From Monocercomonoides exilis PA203 (lineage: Eukaryota; Protista; Preaxostyla): DNA of 64,000 nt. The stretch is taken from positions 1,240,001 to 1,304,000 of the forward strand of contig LSRY02000014.1 of NCBI GenBank assembly GCA_001643675.2, in the 5' to 3' direction. Each line of letters opens with the position of its first letter. The stretch's first letter is position 1. The position numbers were made by a program, and so were the translations under genes. The notes under the pieces are model-generated. The model was given only the letters and a program-made list of their open reading frames with translations. It was not told the origin of the DNA and searched no databases. This document shows, piece by piece, positions 22,901 through 36,561 of the stretch.

Positions 22901-25337
22901 GATGTGTCTTCTTCGTCTGAGGATGATGATGATAATGAAGTAGAAGAAGAAGAAGAATATGATGAAGGTGAAGGTGAAGGTGATGATGGTGATGATGAAC
23001 AGAATAATGCTGAACATCATAATCATCGTCGTCGCCGTCGTCATCATAATAACAAAAATAAGAAGGATGGAAGCAAAGAAAATGAGGAAGAAATGCCAAA
23101 TCCAAAGAAAAAATGCGCAAAGGAGAAAGAAAACGGAGGCGCATTCCGTTTTGACAGCGGAGCCATGGGTTGCTTGTCAGACAGTGACGAGGAAGATTCA
23201 CGTCCTCCTTCATCAGCGTCTGCTCTGCTGATTCAGCAGTCAGTGAAGCTCATCCGGATGAAGAAGCTGAATGTGTCATTGAGACAGCTGGCTCATAAAT
23301 GCAGTTGCGGTGTTAGCAATGTGAATGCAAGTGTTAGTAATAGTAATAATAATAATAATAATCTCAATAATTGCATAAATAACTCCTCCTCCTCCTCCTC
23401 TGCTTCTGCTTCTGCTGCTCCTTCTGCTTCTGCTTCTGCTTCTGATATTAACAAGCGCATTCAAAAGCCTCTTTTCTCTTCTTTTCCTTTGCAGCAGCTT
23501 CAGCTTCAACAGCAACAGCAACATCAGCAGCAATTGCTTCAATCCAGCCATTTGCAGACACTCAACACATATCAGGCACATTTGAACAAAGGATTAACAC
23601 AGATTGAGAATAGGAAGAGCGGTGCTAATGTATTATTGGCTAATTCTTCTGGTTCTTCTTCTTCTTCTCCTTCTCCTATTTCTGCTGCTGCTGCTGTTGC
23701 AGAAACAACTGTTGTTCCTTCAACCTCATCTGCAATGCAATCTCATACAACAACGATGCCAACACATTCATCTCCCTCTTCTTCTTCTCAACAATTAGTG
23801 TCTCAGCCTCTTTTGCCATCTATTTATCCTCTTTCTTCACAACAACTTGCAATATCTTCTTCTTCTTCTTCTTCTTCTTCCTCCTCTTTCCTTTCTCCTC
23901 AATCTTCTTCTCTTTCCATTCCCACAGCATCTCCGCCTTCTTCGTATACTCATATATCTCCTGTGAATGCAGATGGAGGGAATAAAATGAATAACATAGT
24001 GAATGATGCTAATACTAATGCATGTACTAATGATGTTTCCAATACAGGTGATAAAAGCAATGATGCTGGAGTTACTTCTTCTTCTTCTTCTTCTTCCTCA
24101 TCCTCTTCTTCTTCCTCATCTTCTCCTTCTGCTGCTACTGCTGCATTAACAACCACAACTGATTCCAGGCGCAAGACATACACACTGAACTACAAAGCAG
24201 CGCCATTTATGCCAACAAAGAGGGTGTCGAAGATTGTTGTGGGGAGAAAGGAAAAGGAGAAAGAGAAAGAGAAAGAGAAAGAGAAAGAAAGGCATAAGAA
24301 CAAAGAGAAAGAGAAGGATAAAGATAGAGATAAAGATAGAGAAAAGGAGAAGGAGAAGGAGAAGGAGAAAGGGAAAGGGAAAGAGAAAGATAAAAGTAAC
24401 AGCAAACGTATCACACGCAAACTGACATGGAATGTGGATTCAAAGCCATTTGTGCCTCAGAAGAAAGAGGCAGCTCTGAGCATTCTGCAGACATCACAGA
24501 AGAAACAAGAATTTTCATCGTCTTCTTCTTCTTCTTCTTCCTCTTCCTCTTCTTCTCCCACCAAAAATGATACAAAAAATCGTCTTTCCTCTGAAAATGC
24601 TGCTGCAGCTGTTGAAGGGAATTCACAACAGAACAGAATCACATCTCTTTCACAGCCATTGCCAATAACTTCTTCTTCTGCTTCCTCTTCTTCTTCTTCT
24701 TCTTTCTCTGCTCCTCTGATGCATTCAAAACAAAAAGGAATTGCAACATCTTCTTCTCTTCCTTCTTCTCTAATCCCATCATCTTCACAGTCAGACCAAC
24801 AAAACAACCCCAAAACAGGCAAAACCCCAAAAGAAAGAGCATATTCTGACAGACAAGGGAAAGAAAAAGAAAAAGAAAATTTCAAAAGAGAACAACATTA
24901 TCAGAAAAAGCCTGCTCAACCTCCTCCTCCTCCTGCTCCTCCTCCTCTTCTTCCTCCTTCTTCTCTTCTTTCTTCTTCTCTTCTTCCTTCTTCTCTTCCT
25001 CCTTCCCTTCCTCTTCCATTAGATCACTCTCAATTGCCTCATGGAATTCCATACTTTTCACAATATCCCTCTTCGTTGATGCAACCACCGCCTTATCACA
25101 ACCTTTCCCAAGCTCCTCAAATACCACCTCCTCCTTCTAATATTCCTGCTTTTTCTTCTTCTCTTCCTCCTTCTCTTCCTTCTTCTTCTTCTTCTTCTTC
25201 TTCTGCTTCTGCTTCTTCTTCCTCTTCCTCTCCATCTCCTTCCTCTTCCTCTTCTTATCCTCCTCAGGGATACCCCATACCTATACCACCGATGCAAATC
25301 TCTCCTTATCAGATCCCTCCTCCTCCTCCTCCTCTCC

Positions 25338-25368
<31 letters not shown>

Positions 25369-26978
25369 TTCCACTTATCCCCTCAGCACTCAACAGCTTC
25401 CATTTGTTCATCCTCTTCCTTCTCATCCTCCTCCTCTTCCTCATTTAGGCTCTCAGATGATGTATCCAATGCAGATGTACCCGTATCCTCAATATACCAT
25501 TCCTTCTTCTATACCCCAGGATGTTCCTGGTCATATTCCTGCTATTTCTTCTTCTTCTTCTTCTGCTGCTGCTTCTGCTTATAATTCTTCTGATTTCAAT
25601 ACTTTTAATGCTGATGCTATTGCTGATGAAGAAACAGTTGATTCTCCTCCTTCGTCTCCTTTATCACCTTCATCGCCTTCATCACATTTATCACATTTAT
25701 CGCATTTATCACATTCCTTGCTTTTATCGCATCCTTCTCTTTCTTCTTTTTCTTCTCGTTCTTCTTCATTTGATTTGTCCCCTCCTTCCTCTCCGCCTTC
25801 GATTGAGCTGCCTTCTTCGGTTTCTCTTAGCTCTTATTCGCTTATTCGCTCTGTTAGTTCTCGTGTGAAGCAGAAGAAGCATAGATACAGAGAGAAGGAG
25901 AAAGGGAAGGAGAAAGAGAAGGAGAAGGGAAAAGATAGAGATAGAGACAGAGAAAGGGAAAGAGAGAAAGAGAATGAGAAAAATGATAAAATACATAGAA
26001 GGAGGAGGAAGGAGAGAGAAAGAGAAAGAGAAAGAGAAAGAGATAAAGAACCAGAAAGAATCAGACGTAAAAAAGGAAAGAAAGAAGGGACAAGAGCTAA
26101 AAGAAAGCGAAAAGAAAGAGAAAGAGAAGAGAAAGAAAAGAAAGAAGAAATTGAAGAAAGAGAAGAACTTGAAGAAATTGAAAGAAAATTGGCAAATGAG
26201 GATAGCGAATATGAAGCTCATAGAGAAAAAAGACATAAAACTGATCATTTTCATAGTGATGAAAAAATGCCAGCGAAGAAGAAGAAGAAGAAAACAGAAG
26301 GTTCTTCAGCAATTAAAAGTGGTAAAGTGAAGAAGAAAGTGAAATCTAGACATGTTGCATTAGCATCTTCTTCCTCTTCTTCTTCTTCCTCTTCTTCTTC
26401 TTCCTCTTCCTCTTCTTCCTCTTCCTCTTCCTCTTCAGCGCCTTCTTCTAATTTTCCTGATGATATCAATTTATCAGACAAAGCAGAATACATAGAACAA
26501 ACCACACAAGAACACGAAAAAGAACAAGAACAACAGTTTCAACAGCAGCAACCGCTGCATAATATTCCCTTTGATCTGTCTCCTTTACCTCCTCTTCCTT
26601 CATTCACTCCACAGCCTTCAATGGAATTCCCAGCAGATGTAGAGATGGTTCTTCCTTCTGTTGATTCTAAGGAAAGAAGAATTGAAGAAGAAGAAAAAGA
26701 AGAAGAAGAAGAAGAAGATAATGATGATGATGATTATGATGATAATGATGATAACGATCATTTGCTTGGCCATGCACATAATCATGTGCTTTCTCACTCA
26801 CATAATCTCAAATCACATTCAGATGACACAAGAAGTAGCAGAAGCAGAAGCAGAAACAAAAGTGGAAACAGAAAAAGAAGAAGAAATAGCAGTGGCAGTG
26901 GTTGTAGCAGTAGTCACAGTTCATCAGATGATGATATTGAGTTTGGAGGAGGAGGAGGAGGAAGAGAAAGTGGTGGTG

Positions 26979-27010
<32 letters not shown>

Positions 27011-27388
27011 GGAGGAGGAAGAGGAAGAGGAGATGTTGGAAGTGGAGACAAACGTATTGTCAAAAGGAAATCACATACACGAAAGAAAGAAAGGGGTCTA
27101 TCACTCAGCGACAGCGATTGCTCGTCGCTTCATTGTTCTTCTCCAGTTAAGCCATCAATGATGGCATCTTCTTCTTCTTTGCTTCCCTCTGATTCGCATG
27201 CATCTCTTGCCAGCCATTCATCAATTAGGTCAAAGGATGATGAAAAGGTTACTGTTGGATTGTCAAATGCAAAGCATCCATTGCCTGCTATGCCTCTTCT
27301 TCCTTCTTTGCCTTCTTTGCCTTCTTTGCCTTCACTTCCTCCTCTGCCTGATGATGATGCTGATATTGATATTGATAACGCCCCATGA
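16979..27388 (+). CDS. ~3470-aa intrinsically disordered protein with two PAM2-like motifs
   Basis: 10.4-kb stop-free ORF; poly-S, poly-E, KE/RE repeats, H-rich and P-rich tracts; YTLNYKAAPFMP and KLTWNVDSKPFVP. Confidence 0.75.
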
Positions 27389-28012
27389 TGTATATACACA
27401 CCACTCATTCATCTCATTATTTTATTTTATTTTTATTTTTAATTCTCATTCAGATCATTCACATACACAATCTTAATTTTATGAAAAAATGAAATATGTT
27501 TTTTTTGTGTGTATTTTTTCTTTTTCTTTTTTCTTTTTTATTTCTTTTCTTTTTCTTTTTTCTTTTTTTTTTTTCATTCTCTTCTTTTTCTGTCATTTTT
27601 GTATTAATAATTGATTGATAGCTTTTTTTTATCCTTTTCATTTTATTCAATTATTCTATTCCTCTTCTGCTGCTTATAATTATTTTTTGAAAAATTCTTT
27701 TGTATCATGAAAATATCTACTCTTAAGCTCATATTTTATGTATATTTCTGTTTCTGCGATTTCGCTAAAAACAAGTCGACTCAATTTTTTTATATTTATT
27801 TCATTTATTATTAGCTTTACAATCGTTCATTCACTTTTTCATGGAAATTTTTTTCTTCAAAAAAACATTTTTATGTTTGGTTGCGTAATATTTATTAAAT
27901 ATATTTTTATTTATCATATGCCAATAATTAAAAATAAAGATCTAAAAATCAATTTGATCTAAATATTAAAAATTTGGGTAGAAAACCACTTATTTAGCAT
28001 CACGGGTTCAAG

Positions 28013-29837
28013 ATGACTAGACCAATTAGAGCTGTTTGGATTCATACATATTTATGAATTTTTATATGTGTCTCGAAAAATTCTTTTCATTTTTTTAGGG
28101 TTATCGCCAAGTTCCAAAATCCGGTTTGTTCAACTTGCTTTAAGTCATTTTTCAGGATATGATCTATATTATTTTCAGATCCACTTGATGTACCGGCACA
28201 TATCACGCCTGAATATTGCAGTATTTTCCTTTTAGAATTTATTATCTATTCAAATTATCGATGATAATTTTGCATTATTCATTTGTAATCATTTCTTTGC
28301 AGAAACATTAATGGATGCGCTAAAGGCACAAAAGCAATTGAAAATATCTCAAGTCAATGCGATTTTATCGCAAAGCAGGAAACTTTTGGAAACTCTTCCA
28401 AATATTATTGATGTTACTGTTCCAGAGGGAAAAGAACTAACTCTTGTTGTTTGCTTATAAGTGCTAAATAATGCATTACAACTAAATTATATGTATTTTA
28501 TTATATGTTGGATATTTATTTGTTATTTAATGTCCTAGGGAGATACTCATGGGCAGTTTTATGATGTACTAAATATTTTCAATTTGAATGGTCCTCCTTC
28601 AAATGAAAATCCATATTTATTCAATGGAGATTGGGTGGATAGAGGCTCATTTGGAACTGAAGTATTTTTTGCTTATTTTGCTTTTTATATTTCTTTGAAA
28701 TACATTGATATATTTAACTTGATATCTGAAAAATAATAAAAAGCTTACACTTGTCCTCCTTGCTTACAAGCTTGCATATCCAAAATCCGTTCATCTTCTA
28801 CGTGGAAATCATGAAAGTGCAATGTGCACAAAGGAATACGGATTCAAAAACGAGGTTGAGGACAAATACAATGCTGCCGTTTATCAAAACTTCCTCTACA
28901 TCTTCAACGCTCTTCCTATTTGCGCGATTATCAACAAACGAATATTTGTTGTTGTTTGTCTTTGCTTTGAGGATTATAATTTATTGTAATCAATTTTTTT
29001 CATCTTATTGTTTATTATTATCAATTTTTATTATTGTAAATAAAAATCAATTGAAAACCAACTTTGATGCCTGACAGCACGGTGGCTTGTTCACGCGCAT
29101 GTCAGTCCGTCTGGATGAGATTCGAAGAGTGAATAGATTTACTGAACCTGGCGAAGAAGGAGGTGACCAGCTTATGGCACAGATGCTGGTTTGCGATTTT
29201 GACGATATTTTTAATTTGCTAACATTTACAAAATTTTTATTGTTAACTTTCATATTGTTTTTTAAAACTCTTATTGCTATAGTGGAGTGATCCAATGGAG
29301 ACTCCCGGACAAAAAGCTTCTCTTAGACCTTTTGGCTGTTCATTTGGCCCTAATGTGACTGATGTGTGCAAATTTTTCATTTCTTTTATTTTCAATAGAA
29401 GTTTTTTAATTTATATGTTTTTTTTTTAAAATTATTGTTGTGTGTGATTAGGAATTTTTGGAGAAAAATGGTCTTCAGATGATTATTAGGTCACACGAAG
29501 TGAGGCAAGCAGGCTACTCGGTAGAGCATGGTGGAAAACTTGTATGATGCATTACTATTGATTTCTTTTATTAATTATTGATATTTATGGTATATATATA
29601 TACATATATATATATACAATTTCTATTTTCTCAATTTTCCTATATATCGAACACCCTACCTCCTCCTATCATCAGATTACTCTTTTCTCTGCCCCTTGTT
29701 ATATGGGCGACACTAACAAAGGAGCGTATCTTCGTCTGTCAGGTACCAATCTTGAGATCCGCCCCTTCCAATTCACAGCAGTCACCTCTCCGCCAGCCAA
29801 GCTCTATTACGACCCCAACTCTTGTCGGTCTATGTGA
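28013..29837 (+). CDS. PPP-family Ser/Thr phosphatase with a PP5-type catalytic domain, about 10 exons
   Basis: Spliced translation: MTRPIRA|GYRQVPKS|[14 protein letters not shown]|[14 protein letters not shown]...ELTLV|[41 protein letters not shown]|...LRGNHE...|HGGLF...|WSDP...FGPNVTD|...IIRSHEV...|ITLFSAPCY...M*. Closely parallels PP5 ([26 protein letters not shown]). Confidence 0.9.
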
Positions 29838-30099
29838 GAAGAGATTGGGATTCAAGAGATGTGTAGAGAGAGAGAAAGAGAGAGAAGAGGGGAAGGGTAT
29901 TTTTTTTTGTGGGGTGTGTGTGATGGAGGAGAGAGAGAAAGGAAGGGAGAAACCGTTTATATCTTTATTTAACATAATTTCTATTCCTTTTTATTGAAAT
30001 AAAAAATATGAATTGAACCAGAAATTTTTTCGTTCGATTTTAAATAAGAAATAAGAAAAGTTATCTGAACTGAAAAAGAAGAGACTCTCTTTTAAACAC

Positions 30100-31630
30100 C
30101 GCGTTTGGTACGTCTTTTTAAATGCTATCCTTTGTTTTGTTTCAGTTAGTTGGATGCTTGCATTCAGTCATACCATTTTGCCTTTCTCAATGAACTCTTT
30201 CCATTCGTCTTGTATTTCTAAGTAATTTTCTTTTAATATTAAATTTTGTCTTTTTCTTTGATTGCATCCAATATTCGTAACTCACTTCTCCAGATTTATA
30301 ACAAAACAACAAAAACAAATTATTTTTTTATTTTTTTCCTATCCCGATGATGCATCCCTTTTTCTTAAAAACCCATCTCTTTCACATTCCGTTCGAACAT
30401 TTAGTCTTTACAAAAGTGAAGGAAAAATGTATCAGAAATAATCTGCTTGCTCATGTGCTGATGCTGGCCCATGAAGTTCCTTTGATAGAAGTTCGGTGAT
30501 TTCAGTGCATTCTTTTTCTGATATTTATTCTTGAAGAGTTGAACATTCATTTATGGCTATTCCAATTCCATTTTTATTCAATTCGAATGGAAAGTGAATG
30601 AGTCCAATAAATGCATTGCATTCTCTTCTTCTCAATTTGCATAAATAAAAAATACATCTTTAGTGCTCTGAACCGTCAACAAATTATCCATTTTGGTTTC
30701 ACCTCTTCATTATTACTCGCGTTCATGAATTCTTCAAGCACCTTCACTTCTCTTTCAGCTTCTCTCGGAAAATGCAGCTTATTCATGATTACTGTTTCCA
30801 ATTCCTCTTCGTTATGAACTCTTTTAATGATGCAATCATCAATAGATCTACAGGTGAGATGAAAGATCGATAAATTTCTGATCACGTTTGTCGGTTCGTT
30901 AGATTTCAGTCAAATAATATTCTTTTTTTTATAGTCTGCAAGCAAAAATCACAAGCAAACAAATTTGAGAATGCGAATGAATAAACGCAATCTTTTCTCA
31001 TTTATGCTCCTTAACATCATCAAAGCATATTTCTCATCTTTTCGTGTTTCTTCATTATCATATTTTCTGAAATCTTCTTCAATTAAACAAGAAATGTATG
31101 GATATGCCTTATCTTCCGAAAAAACAAAGATTCGACGAATAAAAAGACAGCACCCCCACAGAAAAACATGAACTTTTCGTTTGTTTCGTTATTTCTATTT
31201 TCTTCATCAAAAATCAATTTCTCAATCCTCATGCGAAATAAAGAATTTCCACTTTTTAAATACATATCTTTCAATAATCTGAAGTGTTCGACAATCTTCA
31301 ACTGTTAAGTGCAACTTTCCAATGTAATTCTTTTTTCTACAATCTCTCTAATAAAAGGTGTAGCTCACCTTTTTGTGTAAATTCCAACTCTTTCACTTCC
31401 ATCTATCCAGAAATTCGATTTATCTTCAATTTTCTGTTTTTGTTCTTGAAAGAGAAAATTGCAGAGTCCAGATTTCAGTTCAAAGCAAAAATGATTAAAG
31501 AAGCATTCGTTGTGCGTAATCCTTCTATTATTCAAGAGTCAAAAGAAACAGAGATGTTACATTCAGTAATTACTTTGCTTCATAAACTATTGGCAAATAA
31601 TCAAAAAATGCACATGTCAAATCAATAATT
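30100..31630 (-). pseudogene. Degenerate coding-like relic, family not identified
   Basis: Several short protein-like ORF fragments (30676-30885, 31083-31301) broken by stops and frameshifts, slightly GC-richer than flanks, no motif recognised. Confidence 0.3.
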
Positions 31631-32905
31631 CACTACTTTATTAAAACAACAAATAATGTTTTCGCCAATGATAAAAGCATCTTCTTTTTATTTCCTTTAA
31701 CATTTTTTACAAAAAATTATGATGATTTTTATCTAACACAAAATCACCAAATTAATTATTTCTTGAAACATATACAATTGCAAACCTATTTTTCAAATGC
31801 ATTTCATACAAATAACAAATCATGTTAAAAATTTGATAATAGAACTTTAACAATTTTATTCTATAAATTTTCAAGTATTAAATCAATTTGAATTTTATCC
31901 AACTTTTTTGAATTGACAGAATCAATTCTGATTTGTCTCAATCTTGTTTATGATCAATGAATAAAAAATTATAAAACAAATTTGATCATATTTGTTAAAT
32001 ATTTTACTTGTATTTTGATGCTAAGCAGTTTGTTTTTATCAACATTTTTATCATTTATTCGCATGGCAGTTCGCTATATATAACTGGTATGCATTTAGCT
32101 CTTCAATGTGAAAAAGTCCGAAAATATTGATGTTATTTTTATTGTTTTAACGTGCGAAATAACAAATTGCGAATGTTTTTGCTCCTTCAAACTTTAATAG
32201 TCAACGTATTTTTTCAAATTCTCCTAATCTGATATTTCTCCTTCGCTTTAATTATGTTTGAGAGAATTTTTTGATGTTTCAAAAAAATTTTCGTTGCAGA
32301 CAAATTTTTAAAAAACTATTTTCGTTATCTATTAACATATTTCTTATTATGAAAGTTATTAATAGCATTGCAAAGTTTATATAAATATCAATAGTGATTG
32401 TTTTTTGGATTTCTGATGTATTTTAAATTTTGTTTTATCTGTTACGATCAATTACCTTAAACATTTCAAATCTATCATCAATAAAGAATAAAAAAAGAAT
32501 ATCCTTTTATTTTTGTGTTTTTATTGTTTGAACAGCAGCAAATGTTGAATATCGAATTTTGAAAACGTGGAATCGGTGAAACTTCGCTTTTTGAAAAAGA
32601 AATCACAAATTTTTTGATTCAAATACATTTGAAATGCATGGTTTTATGGAAATCTTTTGATAACTTAGAGTCGAAAAACAATCAAAAAATATGATCACTT
32701 TCCCAGAAGTGAATCAATCTGCATTGACTCAATCAATTCAAATAAAAACAATTCATTTCATATTTTTGTCTTTCTTTTTGGCTTTGTTTAGACAAATACC
32801 ATGTGATTTATTCAAACTGAAAAAGGTCTAATGATTTTAAATTTTTCAAGAAAATTAAAAAAAAATATATATCTTATAAGTTCAGATCAGAAATAGAAAA
32901 AGGAA

Positions 32906-34971
32906 ATGGAACAAATTTATTCAACACAGGAGAAAGAACGAGAACAAGCAAAGAACGAATCGACTCGTGTGCAAGGTTTGAGATATTTCTAATGTTTTTG
33001 AACAATGTAACTGTTAACTTGACGGATTGTTTGAATATTTTGCATTTTTGGATGTTTTGCATGCTGTTTGATGGCTGTACGGCTGATGAAATGATACGGG
33101 GCGTGAAATATGCAGATCTTGTACGTGAGTACGAGTTACTAGTGCGACGTGCAGATGAGCTGGAGCGAGGACTTTTACGCCAGAACGAGCAGATTGAAGC
33201 GCTACGAGGGCTGGAGCCGATGGGGCGACTTTCATATCGCTTGAGTGAGTTGATACTAGCAACAAGCGTGGTGAGACTTAACGAACAGGCAGTAATTGGC
33301 TTGCGAGCGGTTAGCGAGGCGCAAACGCTAATTCCTCTTGCATCTCATCTTCGGAAGAGCGCATTCAGGATCCATGTGACTTGCTTCCAAGTTGACGAAA
33401 CAGGAACACAGATTGTTCACCAGCATGCGGTCGGCTTCCGTGTGTTGGATCGAAATGAGGCAGCCAACCGCGGGATTGATATGACAAGATCTGAACTTGC
33501 AGATTCACACTTTGTGGTTGTGTTCACAATGGATACGACTGGGACATACAAGGTAAGTGTGTACAAGCCAAGCAGACGGGAACGTCGTAGTGTTTGGGGA
33601 GCAGACGGAAGCGGACCAACTACACCCGTGTCACTTGGAGAATCTCCACTGATTGGGTGGGGATTAAGTGGTGGAAGAGGGATCGGAGCAGGAGCTGGTG
33701 TGGGATCGATGGTTGGGGCTGGCAGCTTTGGCTCGAACATGAGTGCGGCTCCTGTATTGAGGGGACCAGGAGATGATGGAAGGGGAACTCCAGACTCGCA
33801 GTTGTCTGGATCATCTTCAATAGAATCACCATTGCTGGGCCATCTTGGAGGAGATGGCATTCCGTTTGTGCCAGGTGCAATGTCGACTTCATATGGGACT
33901 GGGGGAGCAGCACCAGGGAAAGTGACCTCGCCTTCGGTGTTTCTGCCAGGATCGCCTACTCCCGCTTCATCATCAGCATCTAATCCAGCATTGGCATCTT
34001 CGTTTTCATTGTTGTCAGGTGCTGCAGGAACAGTCACAATGCCAACAACTCCACCACAGCCACCTCAGCCTGGTTCAGCAGCATCTGTAATGCCAGTGCT
34101 GCCATCTTCTGCAGGGGTGTTTGGAAGGGGAGAAGTGTCGCCTCTGCTCGGAGATCAAGTGAGCCGGACACCAAGTCCGTATGGGAGTGGAAGTGTATCT
34201 TCAGAGAAAAGAGATGAAAATGGAGGAACGAGCGCAGGTGGGAGCACGCATGGGAGTGTTCACGAGCATTTGCATGTTCATGTGAAAGGATCACCAATGT
34301 ATTTGCGAAACGGGTTTTCGTTTAGAGAGGATGAGGTGAGTAAAGGACTGCGTATAGTGAACGCGGGAATGGGAGTGGAGTACTGCAGCCCTGGTGTTGG
34401 ATTCCAGCAGGGTAAATGCAACTTCGCTATGAAAGGTGGGCGATTTATGTGGAGGTTTATTATCGATGAGTGGAACGGATGGTCGCCTCTGGTGGTTGGG
34501 GTTGTGGATGATAAAGTGTGGATGCCAGGGCTGTCGCTGACACAGACAGTGGGCGCGGTGGTTGTGGATGTTCTGGACCTGCGAGTGTATGTGAATGGGG
34601 AGGAGAGTCGAGTGTTCAGACGTACGGAGAAGTATGCATTGGGGAAGGGATCGACAATAGATGTGTATCTCGACTGCCTGCGGGAGCGTGTGTTGCTGTC
34701 ACTGGACGGAGCACCGGCTCGTGAGGTTAGAGATATTAGCCCGTTTCCAGAATCTCTAACAGCGTGCGTGCAGCTGTATGCAGAGAAGACAGGCGTGTCT
34801 GTTGGATTCCCGTTCCCGAAGACTATCATTGATAAAGAGGATGATGATGAAGAGGATGATGATGACGAGGAGGAAATGGAAGATGAGGAGGAAGACAATG
34901 AACTTGGAATTTCTGGAGGCGGAAAGGATGTGTTTGCACGTCCGAAGCAAGTGTTCAATTCAGGTTTTTGA
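32906..34971 (+). CDS. Coiled-coil, split filamin-type Ig repeat and SPRY/B30.2-like domain, acidic tail; 2 exons (32906-32975, 33116-34971)
   Basis: ATG 32906 MEQIYSTQEKEREQAKNESTRVQ, GTTTGA donor at 32976, TGCAG acceptor at 33115 joins in phase to DLVREYELL. Filamin-like VVVFTMDTTGTYKVSVY...HVKGSPMYL; SPRY-like GRFMWRFII...LVVGVV...GSTIDVYLD...LSLDG...ACVQLY. Confidence 0.7.
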
Positions 34972-35729
34972 GGAACTGAAAAATTACTGAGACGTATGCA
35001 ATTTCTTATTAACTTTTGCTGACTTTTTTTTATTTTATGTTTGATGATGTAAATGTTTTGTTAGGAAAGGAAAATTATTTGTTTTGAGTTTAGCATTTAA
35101 GTTTCTTTAAGACAATTAGCAAATATTTATTCAAGAAATGCACAGCAAAAACATCAATATCGATTGATATTTGTTAAAGAGAAAGAGCATGGTTTGACAT
35201 GAAGAAGAGCTTTTGCAAATTGCATCTCATTTCACGTTAATATTTATTTTGATTGAAACAAGTATGTAACTTCGCCTTTGATACACTTTTTTTATTTCAT
35301 TTATCATTTCACGATATATAAGTGAGAAATAACTAAGACTCTAGATATTTGTTGAAATGCTTTTGCACATTTTCTTTCTTGCAAATAAATTCAAAACATT
35401 AACACTTAAAAACAAAAAGTAAATGGAAACAAGCTTTTAACGAAAAAATACTAAAAAAATTCAAAGAAAAATCGAAAGCAATGTGATATGACAGCTTCAG
35501 TCCTGTAATCACGATTAAAAAATAAATATCAGCAAAAATTAAAATTTAAAAGAAAAAGTTAATTTCAAAAACTGCGGACTGAAAAATGAAAATGCAACTT
35601 AAACCACAATCTTAAAATGCAAAATCAACAAAGTCGTAACTCAAACAGAATGCTTTAATTGCATTCTCAAAAATGTTAACAACATCTTGAATAATTCATA
35701 CAAAATAGCGAAAATACATAACAAATTTC

Positions 35730-36561
35730 TTACAAAACGGTGCAACATCCACTTTTTCTCGCTTCTGGTTGAATGTTTTTCGAAATAACAGATCTTGCAG
35801 CCATCTCAAAAACAGTGGACAAGTTCACCTGAGTTCTAGCAGAACATTCAACATATGCAGTTAGTCCCAAGCGTTTAACCATTTGCTCGGCCTAAATTAA
35901 GAAAAAGAAAAAGAAGAAAAGATATTCAATATTAATTTCGTTGGAAAGCAAACATCTGCTTTTTGAACCAATTGAATGCCTTTTGGAGGCGCATCTCTAA
36001 AATCACCCTTTGTTCCAACAAGAATGACTGGTACACCAATAATAAATTCTCTAATCTCTGGTAACCACTTCAATTCAACAGGAAAATGTTAACTCTTTAT
36101 AAAATGAAAATCAATAAACCTTCACTTCAATATTTTGAAAAGAAGCGGGATCAGAAATTGAGAAGCAAATAAGAAAAACTTCAGTATCAGGGAAGCTAAG
36201 AGATCTTAATCTATCGAATTCTTCTTGCCCTGCAGTATCCCAAAGTTGAAGGTGAACTGTCTTTCCATCAACAACTTGCAAAGATTCATAGTTATCAAAA
36301 ACAGTTGATATATAGTCATCTGGAAATTTGTTTTGTGTGTAAGACATAAGCATGCACGTCTTTCCAACAGCACCGTCTCCTATGACAACACATTTAACAT
36401 CCTACAAGCAAATATTAACCATTCATTTGCATTCATATCAAATAATTATTCAATAATTAAAAATAGTTTGACAAATAACATAAATGAATAAATAATATGT
36501 AGATTATTATAATATATCATAAAAACAAGATAAGATTACTGCAAACTGTAACAGCAGACAT
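35730..36561 (-). CDS. Rho-family (Rac-like) small GTPase, 4 exons
   Basis: MSAVT|[16 protein letters not shown]...YISTVFDNY...[21 protein letters not shown]...|WLPEI...LVGTKGDFR...|...YVECSART...RKSGCCTVL* (CAAX box). Confidence 0.93.

Noticed and set aside
5573-27476. Numerous overlapping and antisense ORFs (poly-L, poly-F, poly-K, poly-E)
   Set aside because: Shadows of triplet repeats in the main ORFs, which lack stops in alternative frames.
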